In this document: piece after piece, positions 7,292 to 16,249 of the stretch
Layout of the letters: every line of letters begins with the position of its first letter
Position numbering within the stretch: the stretch's first letter is position 1
From: Clostridia bacterium
Lineage (GTDB): Bacteria > Bacillota > Clostridia > Oscillospirales > CAG-272
DNA: 64,000 bases
Reading direction: 5' to 3'
Assembly (NCBI GenBank): GCA_017533565.1
Contig: JAFXHU010000018.1
Coordinates: 63,388 to 127,387, forward strand
Notes under the pieces: generated by a model
Told to the model about the DNA's origin: nothing
The model's database searches: none
What the model saw: only the letters and a program-made list of their open reading frames with translations
Position numbers and translations under genes: made by a program

Positions 7292-8628
7292 TTCCTTCCT
7301 GTGCCGCGGCGGAGAATTTTTGTAACCTCGTAAAGCCCCGTGGAGTGAGAGCCCTTTACGAGAAGCGTGCCGCCCGCCGCTTCTTCCGTGAGAAGCCGTG
7401 CAAGCTCCTCCTTACCGCATTCGCGGATAACGCGCACCGCCTCCGCCGACATTCCCGCATCAATTGCACCGAGCGCGACGTATTCCGCGTATTTTCCCGT
7501 AACGTAAAGTCGGTCAAGCCCTGCCGCCCGTTTTCCGACCGAATAATGAAGCTCCCCCGCCATATCTCCAAGCTCTAACATATCCGCAAGGAGGGCGGAG
7601 TGCGGTCTTGGGAATTTTGCAAGATAGGCGAGCATTGCCTCCGCCGCCTCGGGAGAGGAGTTGTAGCTGTCGTCTATAAGCGTAAAGACGCCGCAATCGG
7701 TGATTTCCGTCCCCGAAAGGCTGTCGGAGAGGGAATTAAGTCCCCGTTTTATATCGGATAGAGAAGCACCGAGGAATGCCGCTACCGCCCCCGCAATAAG
7801 AAGGTTATAAAGATTATGCCCGCCGCTTATCGCGGGAATTATTCCGTCTATTACTTTCTTTCCCGCCTTGAAGCTGTAATCCTCCCCGCTTTTAAAGAGG
7901 GAAAAATCTCCAGTGCCGTCAAGAGAAGCTCCAAGCCTGTGCCTTACGTCCTTTAACAAGGGCTCGTCGCACGGCACTATTACCCCCGTTGCACGGTCGG
8001 TTATTATTTCCCGCTTTGCAAGGCTTATTGCCTCGCGAGAGCCGAGGTTGCCTATATGTGCATTGCCGACGTTGGTTATTACGCAAAGGTCGGGTTGAAT
8101 AAGCTCCGCCATTTCCGCAATTTCTCCGCGGTGATTCATTCCCATCTCGAGGACGAGCATCTCGGTATCCCGCCTTGCACACAGCAACGAGAGGGAAATG
8201 CCGATGCGGTTGTTGAAGTTTCCAACCGTGGAGCATACCCTGTGCGAGAGGGAAAGAAGGCTTGCCGTATAGCGCGTTGCCGTGCTTTTTCCGACGCTTC
8301 CCGTAATAGCAACCGTGTGAGCAAGCCTCGGCAAAAGCTTCTTGTACCCTGCGCCAAGGCGTAATAACGCAAGCTCCGTGTTCTCAACCGTAATAAAGCC
8401 GCACCCGTCGCAAACCGTGTATGCACCGCATTGCTCCGCCTCTGTGGCGTGCTTAATTCGCTTTTCGGGGGAGGAGGCAAGCGAAAAAAACAGGTCGCCG
8501 TCCTCGCACTCGCGGCTGTCGGTTGTGATTGCAATAATCTGCCTTTCCGTGCAGGCGGTATTACAGACGCCGCCCGTTATGCGAATTACCTCGCCAAGCG
8601 AAATCGGTATATCAAGTATTATTCTCAT
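7288..8628 (-). CDS. murF: UDP-MurNAc-tripeptide--D-Ala-D-Ala ligase MurF
   Basis: Mur ligase P-loop ITGSVGKSTA. The position in the dcw cluster fits. It overlaps murE by 17 nt. Confidence 0.9.
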   Translation of the reverse strand: MRIILDIPISLGEVIRITGGVCNTACTERQIIAITTDSRECEDGDLFFSLASSPEKRIKHATEAEQCGAYTVCDGCGFITVENTELALLRLGAGYKKLLPRLAHTVAITGSVGKSTATRYTASLLSLSHRVCSTVGNFNNRIGISLSLLCARRDTEMLVLEMGMNHRGEIAEMAELIQPDLCVITNVGNAHIGNLGSREAISLAKREIITDRATGVIVPCDEPLLKDVRHRLGASLDGTGDFSLFKSGEDYSFKAGKKVIDGIIPAISGGHNLYNLLIAGAVAAFLGASLSDIKRGLNSLSDSLSGTEITDCGVFTLIDDSYNSSPEAAEAMLAYLAKFPRPHSALLADMLELGDMAGELHYSVGKRAAGLDRLYVTGKYAEYVALGAIDAGMSAEAVRVIRECGKEELARLLTEEAAGGTLLVKGSHSTGLYEVTKILRRGTGRN

Positions 8629-10093
8629 TTTTTTCCCTTCTTAATCGCAGAGCGAAAAGCGCCTGCCTTTTATCCGAAAAATCTCGGTATCCGTTTCGGT
8701 CGATAACGTATTCCTCCCGCCCCTTTCCGAGAATGGCAACGAGGTCGCCGTCTGCCGAGTTGAGTATAGCCGAGGTAATGGCATCCTCCCTCGTCGGGAT
8801 TACCGTAACGCCGTCGGTGCCGCTTATACCGAGCAGTATATCGGCTATAATTTCCTCGGTGTCCTCGGAGCGGCTGTTATCCTCGGTAAGGTATATTTTA
8901 TCGCAGTACTTTTGTGCGATTTTTCCGATTTCGCGCCGCTTTTCACGCTCTCTTTCACCGCCGCAGCCGATAACGAGAACTAAATTCTGCCGCTTCTTTT
9001 TTATTGAAAATAGGGTTTTTAATACGTTTTCTACCGCAAACGGCGTGTGTGCATAATCTATGATTACCGATACGCCGTCCGACAAAATTTCCATTCTCCC
9101 GGGGATTTCGCACAGACAGTTTATTGCCCGCTTTGCAATACACGGCTTTATTCCGAGAAGGATTGCCGCGCGCAAAGCCATAAGCGCATTATACACGTTA
9201 AACGCACCCACGAGCGAAAGGTCAACTCCGAAAATCAATCCCTCCTCTCGGTAGAAAAAGGAGCTTCCGAGCAGTCCGCGGTTATGTATGTCCGTGGCGT
9301 AAACGTCACCCGCGTTTATTATACCGACGCCGCATTTTTTGCATTTTGAAAGCTCGTGCGCTCTGCGCGAATAGGGGCAATCAAGATTGAAAATTCCGTT
9401 TTCACAGCTGTCGAAAAGGGATAGCTTTACCTCGAAATAGGAATGCATATCCGCGTGAAAATCTCGATGCTCGCCCGAGAGGTTTGTGAAAATTCCAACG
9501 TCGAAGCGCAGTGGTGCGAGCTTGTCGAGTGCGATGGCGTGACTTGACGCCTCCATTATCGCATATTCACAGCCGAGCATTTGCATATCCGAAAGATATT
9601 TGTAAAGCATTTTCGGGTCGGGCGTAGTCATGGAATAGTATTTTTCGTTAAGCTCGGTTTCGTTTACGAGGACCTTTCCCGTCCCGATATAGCCCACGTC
9701 CGCCCCCGAAAAGCGAAGTATGTAATGCAGCATGCTTGCAACTGTGGTTTTCCCGTTTGTTCCCGTCACGGCAATAAGCCTCATACGCGAGTCCTTAAGC
9801 TTATAAAGATTAAAATAACAAATCGAAAGTGCCCTTCTCGCGTTTTGCGTATATAAAATCCTTTCCTTGTCAAATCCGTTTCCGTCGTCAAGCTCGCAAA
9901 TAACCGCAAACGGAGCGGCACTGTATTTTTTCTCGCGCACCTCGCCGTTTGATTTTTTCGTAAGTATAAGAAGGCTGTCCCCGTTTATCGTTTCGCCCCA
10001 CTCGGAAACTGTAACCTCCTTTTCAAGGTCAATATTATCGGGGACGGTAACGCCCGTCCCCACCAAAAGGTCGCAAAGCTTCATTTTATTCAT
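8612..10093 (-). CDS. murE: UDP-MurNAc-L-Ala-D-Glu--diamino acid ligase MurE
   Basis: P-loop VTGTNGKTT. The substrate-selectivity position reads EDNSRSE where DAP-type enzymes have DNPR, so the Arg is retained. AGGAGA lies 5 nt upstream of ATG 10093. Confidence 0.9.
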   Translation of the reverse strand: MNKMKLCDLLVGTGVTVPDNIDLEKEVTVSEWGETINGDSLLILTKKSNGEVREKKYSAAPFAVICELDDGNGFDKERILYTQNARRALSICYFNLYKLKDSRMRLIAVTGTNGKTTVASMLHYILRFSGADVGYIGTGKVLVNETELNEKYYSMTTPDPKMLYKYLSDMQMLGCEYAIMEASSHAIALDKLAPLRFDVGIFTNLSGEHRDFHADMHSYFEVKLSLFDSCENGIFNLDCPYSRRAHELSKCKKCGVGIINAGDVYATDIHNRGLLGSSFFYREEGLIFGVDLSLVGAFNVYNALMALRAAILLGIKPCIAKRAINCLCEIPGRMEILSDGVSVIIDYAHTPFAVENVLKTLFSIKKKRQNLVLVIGCGGEREREKRREIGKIAQKYCDKIYLTEDNSRSEDTEEIIADILLGISGTDGVTVIPTREDAITSAILNSADGDLVAILGKGREEYVIDRNGYRDFSDKRQALFALRLRREKNENNT

Positions 10094-10102
10094 ATAAATC
10101 TC

Positions 10103-12355
10103 CTAATCGTTATGTCCTTCTGCGGCTACGTAAATGAGGATAACGCTACCTCTTTTTACCTCGGCGGCGGGAGAAATATCCTGTGCGGTTACCTTATATA
10201 TTTCCTCCGCACCCTCGCGCACTCCGCCGCGCACCGATAGATTTAGACCGCAGTTTATTGCCAATTTGTTTGCCTGTGCAAGCGAAAGCCCTATAAGCGA
10301 TGGGACGCTCACGGTATCTCCGTCACGAATTTCGGTGTAGAGGTAAACGGTTGACGCGCCCTTTGCGATTACAACGCCCTCGCTCGGAGCTTGCATAAGC
10401 ACGCGCTCCCCGTCGCCTATAATTTGGTAGGATATGCCAAGCTCCTTAAGCGCGCCCGCCGCATCCTTTGCCGATAAACCGACGTAGCTTTTTAACGCCT
10501 CGGTCTGTGGCTCGTTATCCGACTCGTATTCAAGGTAGGGAAGCACGGTTGAGAGCAATGAGGATATGTAGGGTGCGGCTACCTGCGAGCCGTATTTTAC
10601 CTGACATTGAGGCTCGTCAACGACGATAATTACCGCAATTCCGCCCTCGGACACGGGTGCAAAGGCTACGGTAGAGCCTATGCGTAAATAGGAGCGTCCG
10701 TTTTCGTCAAGCACGTCGAACTTTTCGCTCGTTCCCGTTTTTGCGGCAACCTTGTACCCCTCGACGTAGGCGTTTTTTGCTCCGCCCTCACCGCTTACGC
10801 CCTCCTCAAGCACCTCGGCAATGATGCTCGCAACCTCCTCGCTTATTACCTCGCCGCGGATTTCAACCTCGTGCTGTGAAATAACCTCACCGCTCGGCGA
10901 AATAATCTTGTCAACCACGTAGGGAGTTACAAGCTTGCCGCCGTTTGCAACCGCTGCAATCGCCGTAAGATGCGATATAACCGTAACCTTAAAGCGCTGT
11001 CCGAAGGACGCGGTTGCAAGCTCGGTTGCTCCAAGCGCATCCTTTTCGTGAAAGACGGTTTTTCCCTCGCTCGGAAGGTCGATACCGCTTTTTTCAAAAT
11101 AGCCAAACGACGCGACGTATTCGTAAAACTTATCCGAGCCAAGCCTGCTTGCAAGCGTCATCATCGTAGGGTTACAGGACATCTGAAGTCCGTATGCGAG
11201 CGTAAAGCCCGAGCCGTGACCGTTGGTTTTGTGGCATTTTATACGCCAGCCTCCAACGCTCAAATGCCCCGTACAGGAAAACCTGTCGTTTATGCTTGCC
11301 GCCCCCGCATCAAGTGCCGCGGCGACCGTTATTATTTTAAAGGTTGAGCCTGGCTCGTACGCCTCGCTTACCGCCTTGTTCGACCACATAATCTGCATAA
11401 GGCTGTTTTTATACGCCTTATATTCCTCACTCCCCTCGGCGTATCCCGAGGCGAGCAGCTTTTCCTCCGATACCGAATCGAGAACGAAGGGGTCGTTGGG
11501 GTCAAAGGGCGAGGAGGTTGCCATCGCGAGTATTGCGCCCGTTTCGGTGTCCATCACGATTCCCGTAACGCGATTGCTTACGTCGTGATTTATGCGGATG
11601 CGCTCAAGCTCTCCCTCAAGCGCCTGCTGCACGAAGGAGTCAATCGTTGTAACTATGGATGCGCCGTCGGTTGCGGCAACGTAATCCGCGTATTGGTTGG
11701 GAAGGGAATTGCCGCCCGCATCCTTTGCATACATATAATAGCCGTCCGTGCCCGTAAGGATTTCGTTGTAGGAGTATTCAAGACCGTAAAGCCCCTGGCC
11801 GTCGCTCCCCGTAAAGCCAAGCACGTGCGCCGCAAGCGTACCCTCGGGGTAGTATCTGGAGCTTTGAGCCTCGGTCAAAAGCAGCTCGGAGAGTCTGTTT
11901 TTCTCGGTAAATTCAAGTATTTTTTGATATTCCTCCTCGCTTGCATCCTTTTTTATTGTAACGTCAAGCGTTGCGGTGTTGGTGATTTTTCTGTAAACGG
12001 TTTCTTCCGAAAGACCGAGTATTTCCGCACAGCCTCTTGCGATAATCCTATCGTATTCAACTCCGTCGCGGCTCTTGAACTTTTTTATTTCCCGCGTTGA
12101 AACGAAAATTCGCCAGCTTGTGCGCGTATCCGCAAGCAGCTGCATATTCGAATCGTATATTTTTCCGCGCTCCGCGCGCAGGGCGGAGGTGGTTGTGATT
12201 TGATCGAGCGTTTTTTGCTTGTATTGCGCGTAAAGAAAAAAATCAAGCCTGAAAATGTTGACCACCAAAAATGCACCAAAAATAAATAAGGCAACAAGAA
12301 TGACTCGCGCCCGCTTTGCCGTTTTCGGCTTCGTTAAAGAAATCAGCTTATCCAT
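10103..12355 (-). CDS. class B penicillin-binding protein with two C-terminal PASTA domains (FtsI/SpoVD type)
   Basis: Motifs STFK, SCN and KTGT, an N-terminal TM helix and two PASTA-like repeats at the C-terminus. The start is uncertain: ATG 12355 (MDKLISL) or TTG 12367. Neither has a good RBS. Confidence 0.9.
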   Translation of the reverse strand: MDKLISLTKPKTAKRARVILVALFIFGAFLVVNIFRLDFFLYAQYKQKTLDQITTTSALRAERGKIYDSNMQLLADTRTSWRIFVSTREIKKFKSRDGVEYDRIIARGCAEILGLSEETVYRKITNTATLDVTIKKDASEEEYQKILEFTEKNRLSELLLTEAQSSRYYPEGTLAAHVLGFTGSDGQGLYGLEYSYNEILTGTDGYYMYAKDAGGNSLPNQYADYVAATDGASIVTTIDSFVQQALEGELERIRINHDVSNRVTGIVMDTETGAILAMATSSPFDPNDPFVLDSVSEEKLLASGYAEGSEEYKAYKNSLMQIMWSNKAVSEAYEPGSTFKIITVAAALDAGAASINDRFSCTGHLSVGGWRIKCHKTNGHGSGFTLAYGLQMSCNPTMMTLASRLGSDKFYEYVASFGYFEKSGIDLPSEGKTVFHEKDALGATELATASFGQRFKVTVISHLTAIAAVANGGKLVTPYVVDKIISPSGEVISQHEVEIRGEVISEEVASIIAEVLEEGVSGEGGAKNAYVEGYKVAAKTGTSEKFDVLDENGRSYLRIGSTVAFAPVSEGGIAVIIVVDEPQCQVKYGSQVAAPYISSLLSTVLPYLEYESDNEPQTEALKSYVGLSAKDAAGALKELGISYQIIGDGERVLMQAPSEGVVIAKGASTVYLYTEIRDGDTVSVPSLIGLSLAQANKLAINCGLNLSVRGGVREGAEEIYKVTAQDISPAAEVKRGSVILIYVAAEGHND

Positions 12356-12404
12356 ATATACCGCCAAAAAAGTAATGCGACGGTCACACTCGACCGCCGC
12401 AAAT

Positions 12405-12443
12405 AAAAAAAGTATAGCGACAGAAGATGACTATCGCTATACT
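12405..12443 (-). terminator. intrinsic-terminator-like hairpin inside the dcw cluster (between the ftsL-slot gene and pbp)
   Basis: AGTATAGCGA (12411-12420) pairs with TCGCTATACT (12434-12443) across a 13-nt loop. On the minus strand the hairpin is followed by TTTTTTATTT. Confidence 0.5.
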
Positions 12444-12472
12444 ATATGCGTATTTTTAGCTTTTATGAATGC

Positions 12473-12916
12473 TTATTCCTTTACCTCGTCGGTATCGGCC
12501 TCCTCAACCGACTCAACGTACTCGTATTCGTAGCCGTCGCGCTCAAGCGAAAGACCCGAGGCATCCTTTCCACCCGTGAGGGCGAAAATACCGCAGGACA
12601 TAACGAGCGCGCAGGCTGCAACCGAGGACAAAAGCGCGGATGCGGAGGTCTTGATGGGGAAGCGTCTTATGGTTTTGTCCTTTACGGGCGGATTTTTAAC
12701 GGTAAGCTTATCGTTTACGTAGTCGGCAATGGTAGCGAGAGTGTTATGCTCGTGTGCCGCGCTTACAACGGTAAGAGCAGAGCTGCCCTTTGCAGCCTTT
12801 CCTGCCTTCATAAGCATAAAATCACCGACAGTGCATTCTTTGCCGTCGTGAATAACTGTAAATCTGTTTTTGAGGTTGGTATATAAAGCATCGTAGGGAT
12901 TTGCAACTGCGGTCAT
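12473..12916 (-). CDS. hypothetical C-terminally anchored membrane protein occupying the ftsL slot
   Basis: AAGGAG lies 7 nt upstream of ATG 12916. The protein has about 95 soluble N-terminal residues, one TM helix (SASALLSSVAACALVMSCGIFAL) and an acidic tail (YEYEYVESVEEADTDEVKE). It has no FtsL-like N-terminal TM plus coiled-coil layout. Confidence 0.6.
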   Translation of the reverse strand: MTAVANPYDALYTNLKNRFTVIHDGKECTVGDFMLMKAGKAAKGSSALTVVSAAHEHNTLATIADYVNDKLTVKNPPVKDKTIRRFPIKTSASALLSSVAACALVMSCGIFALTGGKDASGLSLERDGYEYEYVESVEEADTDEVKE

Positions 12917-12932
12917 TTTTTTACTCCTTAAA

Positions 12933-13877
12933 TTATAATTTTTCCGCTATTCTTAATTTTGCGCTTCTGGAACGCGGATTTTCCCGAAGCTCGTCCTCAC
13001 AGGGGAGAATAGGCTTTTTGTTTACTTCCTTTATTATCGGCTTTTTCCCGCATACGCATACGGGGAAATCTCTCGGACAGGTACAACCGGAGGAAAGCTC
13101 CTTGAAGGCTGTCTTTACGGGTCTGTCCTCAAGCGAATGGAAGGAAATAATTGCAATTCTTCCGCCCTTTACAAGCGCTCTCGCAGCCGTATCTATCATC
13201 GGACGTATTGCATCAAGCTCGCGGTTTACCTCTATTCTTATAGCCTGAAAGCTTCTTTTTGCGGGGTGCGGACCGTCTATTCTCGCCTTTGCGGGAATGG
13301 CGGATTTTATTATCGCCGAAAGCTCCGTTGTCGTTTCTATCGGCTTGTCCGTACGCGCTTTAACGATTGCCGCCGCAATTCTTGGGGCAAATTTTTCCTC
13401 TCCGTACTCGAAAATTATACGCTTAAGCTCGTTTTCGGAGTATTCGTTAACAACGTTATACGCGCTAAACGGAGAATCGGTGTCCATTCTCATATCGAGA
13501 GGTGCGTCCTGCATATAGCTGAAGCCTCGCTCCGCAACGTCAAACTGATGCGAGGAGCAGCCGAGGTCGGCAAGCACGCCGCCGAGATTGTTTATTTCAA
13601 GTCGGCGAAGAACCTCCGAAAGGGAGGAGAAGTTATCGTTAATAAAGGTTACTCTGTCAAGATAGTCGCGAAGTCTTTCGGTTGCCGCCGCAATCGCGTT
13701 TTTGTCACGGTCAAAGCAAATGAGCCGTGAATTCGGACCCATACGGCGCGCTATTTCAAGCGAGTGTCCGCCGCCGCCCGTAGTGCAATCTACGTAGGTA
13801 AGACCGTCCTTAATATCAAGCGCCTCGATGCATTCGTAAAGAAGCACCGATACGTGGGAAAAGGGAAGATTACTCAT
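12933..13877 (-). CDS. rsmH: 16S rRNA (cytosine1402-N4)-methyltransferase RsmH (MraW)
   Basis: Motifs HVSVLL and DCTTGGGGHS. It is the second gene of the dcw cluster. Confidence 0.95.
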   Translation of the reverse strand: MSNLPFSHVSVLLYECIEALDIKDGLTYVDCTTGGGGHSLEIARRMGPNSRLICFDRDKNAIAAATERLRDYLDRVTFINDNFSSLSEVLRRLEINNLGGVLADLGCSSHQFDVAERGFSYMQDAPLDMRMDTDSPFSAYNVVNEYSENELKRIIFEYGEEKFAPRIAAAIVKARTDKPIETTTELSAIIKSAIPAKARIDGPHPAKRSFQAIRIEVNRELDAIRPMIDTAARALVKGGRIAIISFHSLEDRPVKTAFKELSSGCTCPRDFPVCVCGKKPIIKEVNKKPILPCEDELRENPRSRSAKLRIAEKL

Positions 13878-13891
13878 TGTTTTTCCTCGTA

Positions 13892-14314
13892 TTAAAGCCC
13901 GTATTGCTTCATAAGCTCGCGCATCTTGCCAAGGTCGCGTGTGGCTTCCTTCTCGTTCCAGGTTTCCTCCGCCCAGATTCTAATTTGTCTGCCCGCACCG
14001 ACGAATACGATGCTCTTGTCGATTCCCGCGTGCTTTGCGAGTCTTTCGTCGAGAATAATTCTTCCGCTTGCGTCGGGAACGCACTTTTGTGCCGCACCGA
14101 GAAGGAAATCCTGTATCTCTACCGCCTCCGACTCGGGAAGACGCTCGATTTTTTCAACGTAAGCCGCCCAGTCCTCCGCTGTATAAATGGAGAGATAGGA
14201 GTCGAATTTTCTCGTGATATAAAACTCGTCGCCGAGATCCTCGCGGAATTTCGAGGGTATGAATACGCGCTTCTTTGCATCAAGCGAATGCTTAAACGAA
14301 CCGACGAACGACAT
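13892..14314 (-). CDS. mraZ: transcriptional regulator MraZ
   Basis: MSFVGSFKHSLDAKKRVFIPSKF fits the duplicated SpoVT/AbrB-like MraZ fold pattern (a second DxxGR element is DASGRIIL). I place the start at ATG 14314, not at the track's TTG at 14335. Confidence 0.9.
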   Translation of the reverse strand: MSFVGSFKHSLDAKKRVFIPSKFREDLGDEFYITRKFDSYLSIYTAEDWAAYVEKIERLPESEAVEIQDFLLGAAQKCVPDASGRIILDERLAKHAGIDKSIVFVGAGRQIRIWAEETWNEKEATRDLGKMRELMKQYGL

Positions 14315-14383
14315 CCTTTCATCTCCTTTCTTCAAAAATAGGACTTTTTTGCAATTTTTGTGGTTCTAAAATGGGAAATTGAT

Positions 14384-14409
14384 ACACAATTATCCACTTA
14401 GCCCCACTT
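14384..14409 (-). promoter_or_regulatory. candidate MraZ operator: three direct repeats with a 10-bp period
   Basis: The minus strand reads AAGTGGGGCT AAGTGGATAA TTGTGTATCA. On the plus strand this is CCACTT at 14404-14409 and 14394-14399, and ACACAA at 14384-14389. The repeats start 8 nt downstream of the -10 box. Confidence 0.6.
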
Positions 14410-14416
14410 TGTCACT

Positions 14417-14445
14417 ATTATAATACATATTTTTGAAAAAATCAA
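14417..14445 (-). promoter_or_regulatory. sigma-A promoter of the dcw (mraZ) operon
   Basis: On the minus strand: TTGATT (14440-14445), a 17-nt spacer, then TATAAT (14417-14422). Confidence 0.65.
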
Positions 14446-14545
14446 TACCTTTTTTGAAAAAATATCAGAAAAATTTACAAATTTTACAAAAATAATTTTA
14501 ATTTTTTAAAATCTCGAAAAAGCTCTTCCCAAAAGCGGTAATTTA

Positions 14546-14554
14546 TGCTACAAT
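14546..14554 (+). promoter_or_regulatory. extended -10 promoter element for the 14594 gene / ispDF unit
   Basis: TGcTACAAT at 14546-14554. The -35 is poor (TTCCCA). Confidence 0.4.
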
Positions 14555-14593
14555 GTAAAAGGAAAAGTGTTGAAAAAGTGTTTGGAGGAGGCT

Positions 14594-14932
14594 ATGTCTT
14601 TTTTAAAAAGACTCTTTGGAGTCGGAAAAAAGCCGGGCAGCTATGCCTACCGAATGGAGCAGGCAAAGCAGCTTCACGGTCAGGCAATACAGTACGTGAC
14701 CGAAAGGGTTGACGGTAACGAGGATATTATCGGGCGGGGCGGCTCGCTTGCAATTCACGAGGATACCTTTATCGTTGACAGCTCGGGCGACAGGCTTTTC
14801 GTATGCGAAATAAAGCATCTTGATGCAAGCTGGCTTATGAGTGGAAACGGAGTAATTATACGCGGTCCGAATCTTCTCGACGGCGGCAGGGAGCGCGTTA
14901 TTACCGTACATTTCGTTTATCACAGAAAGTAG
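14594..14932 (+). CDS. hypothetical protein (112 aa)
   Basis: GGAGGAGG lies just upstream of ATG 14594 (MSFLKRLFGVGKK...). I recognise no family. The gene is tightly packed ahead of ispD. Confidence 0.55.
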   Translation: MSFLKRLFGVGKKPGSYAYRMEQAKQLHGQAIQYVTERVDGNEDIIGRGGSLAIHEDTFIVDSSGDRLFVCEIKHLDASWLMSGNGVIIRGPNLLDGGRERVITVHFVYHRK

Positions 14933-14936
14933 GTTT

Positions 14937-15641
14937 ATGGTGAAGGATAAAAGGGTTTACGCTGTCATTCTCGCGGCGGGCATCGGAAGCAGAATGGGCG
15001 CGGATATAACGAAGCAGAAAATGCTTTTAAACGGACGCTCGGTTATAGCAAGAACGGTTGGCACATTCTATGAATGTGACTTTATTGAAAAAATGGTTAT
15101 CGTCGGCCGTGCGGAGGAGCTTGATTATTTAAAAACCGAGCTTGCCCCCTACGCCGAAAAAATACACGCCACCGTCGTCGGAGGTGCTACTCGGCTTGAC
15201 TCCGCAAGGCGCGGATTTCTGGCATTACCGAGCGAGGCAACGCATATTGCCCTTCACGACGGCGCACGTCCTCTCGTGAGCAAGGCTACCGTCCGTGCAG
15301 TGGTAGAATGTGCGGTAAAATACGGTGCGGCAACCGACGCGGGCAAAATCTACGATACCGTAAAGCGCGTTGACGTAAACGGCATAATCCGCGCTACTCT
15401 TGACAGGACGGAGCTTGCGGTTGCGAGAACGCCGCAGGTGTTTGACGTTGAAATCTACAAACGGGCATTGCAAAATGCGGGCGACGGGGTCGGAATAACC
15501 GACGATAATATGATGGTGGAGGCTCTCGGTGTGGAGCTTCATACGGTTGTGACCGACGAGCCTAATCCCAAAATCACCGTACCGCAGGATTTAAAATACG
15601 CCGAATTTTTACTTAACGAAAGGGAAGCGGCAAATGTGTAA
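14937..15641 (+). CDS. ispD: 2-C-methyl-D-erythritol 4-phosphate cytidylyltransferase IspD
   Basis: [15 protein letters not shown] nucleotidyltransferase motif. It overlaps ispF by 8 nt. Confidence 0.92.
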   Translation: MVKDKRVYAVILAAGIGSRMGADITKQKMLLNGRSVIARTVGTFYECDFIEKMVIVGRAEELDYLKTELAPYAEKIHATVVGGATRLDSARRGFLALPSEATHIALHDGARPLVSKATVRAVVECAVKYGAATDAGKIYDTVKRVDVNGIIRATLDRTELAVARTPQVFDVEIYKRALQNAGDGVGITDDNMMVEALGVELHTVVTDEPNPKITVPQDLKYAEFLLNEREAANV

Positions 15642-16116
15642 TTTAAGAATAGGGCACGGCTACGACGTGCATAGGCTCGTGGAGAACAGACCCCTCGTGC
15701 TTGGCGGAGTGGAGATTGAATACGCGCTCGGCTGTCTTGGACATTCGGATGCCGACGTGCTTTTACACGCAATAATGGACGCTCTTCTCGGTGCGGCGGC
15801 TCTTGGAGATATCGGAAGGCACTTTCCCGATACAGACCCCGCATATAAGGGTGCGTCAAGCCTTGAGCTTTTAAAAAGAGTTGTTGCCTTGCTTGCCGAA
15901 AAGGGAGCGAAGGCTGTGAATATCGATTCTACGCTGATTTTGCAAAGACCGAAGGTCGCGCCGTATATTGAACAAATGCGCGAAAATATCGCACGCGCCG
16001 TCGGAATTTCACCCGAATGCGTCAACGTAAAGGCTACCACCGAGGAGGGGCTTGGCTTTACGGGTAGCGGCGAGGGGGTAAGCGCCCACGCGATAGCGCT
16101 TGTGGAGCTTTTGTGA
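15634..16116 (+). CDS. ispF: 2-C-methyl-D-erythritol 2,4-cyclodiphosphate synthase IspF
   Basis: Motifs [11 protein letters not shown] and [20 protein letters not shown]. Confidence 0.95.
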   Translation: MCNLRIGHGYDVHRLVENRPLVLGGVEIEYALGCLGHSDADVLLHAIMDALLGAAALGDIGRHFPDTDPAYKGASSLELLKRVVALLAEKGAKAVNIDSTLILQRPKVAPYIEQMRENIARAVGISPECVNVKATTEEGLGFTGSGEGVSAHAIALVELL

Positions 16117-16249
16117 ATTTGACTGCCGCGGCATTTATCCGCAGATACGGCTTACAAAAAGGCTTAAACGACGAATAAAAAAACCGCGAAACCGAGCTTT
16201 GGCATCGCGGGCGCGCGTTAATTATATAATGTAGAAAAATGAGGTTGCT

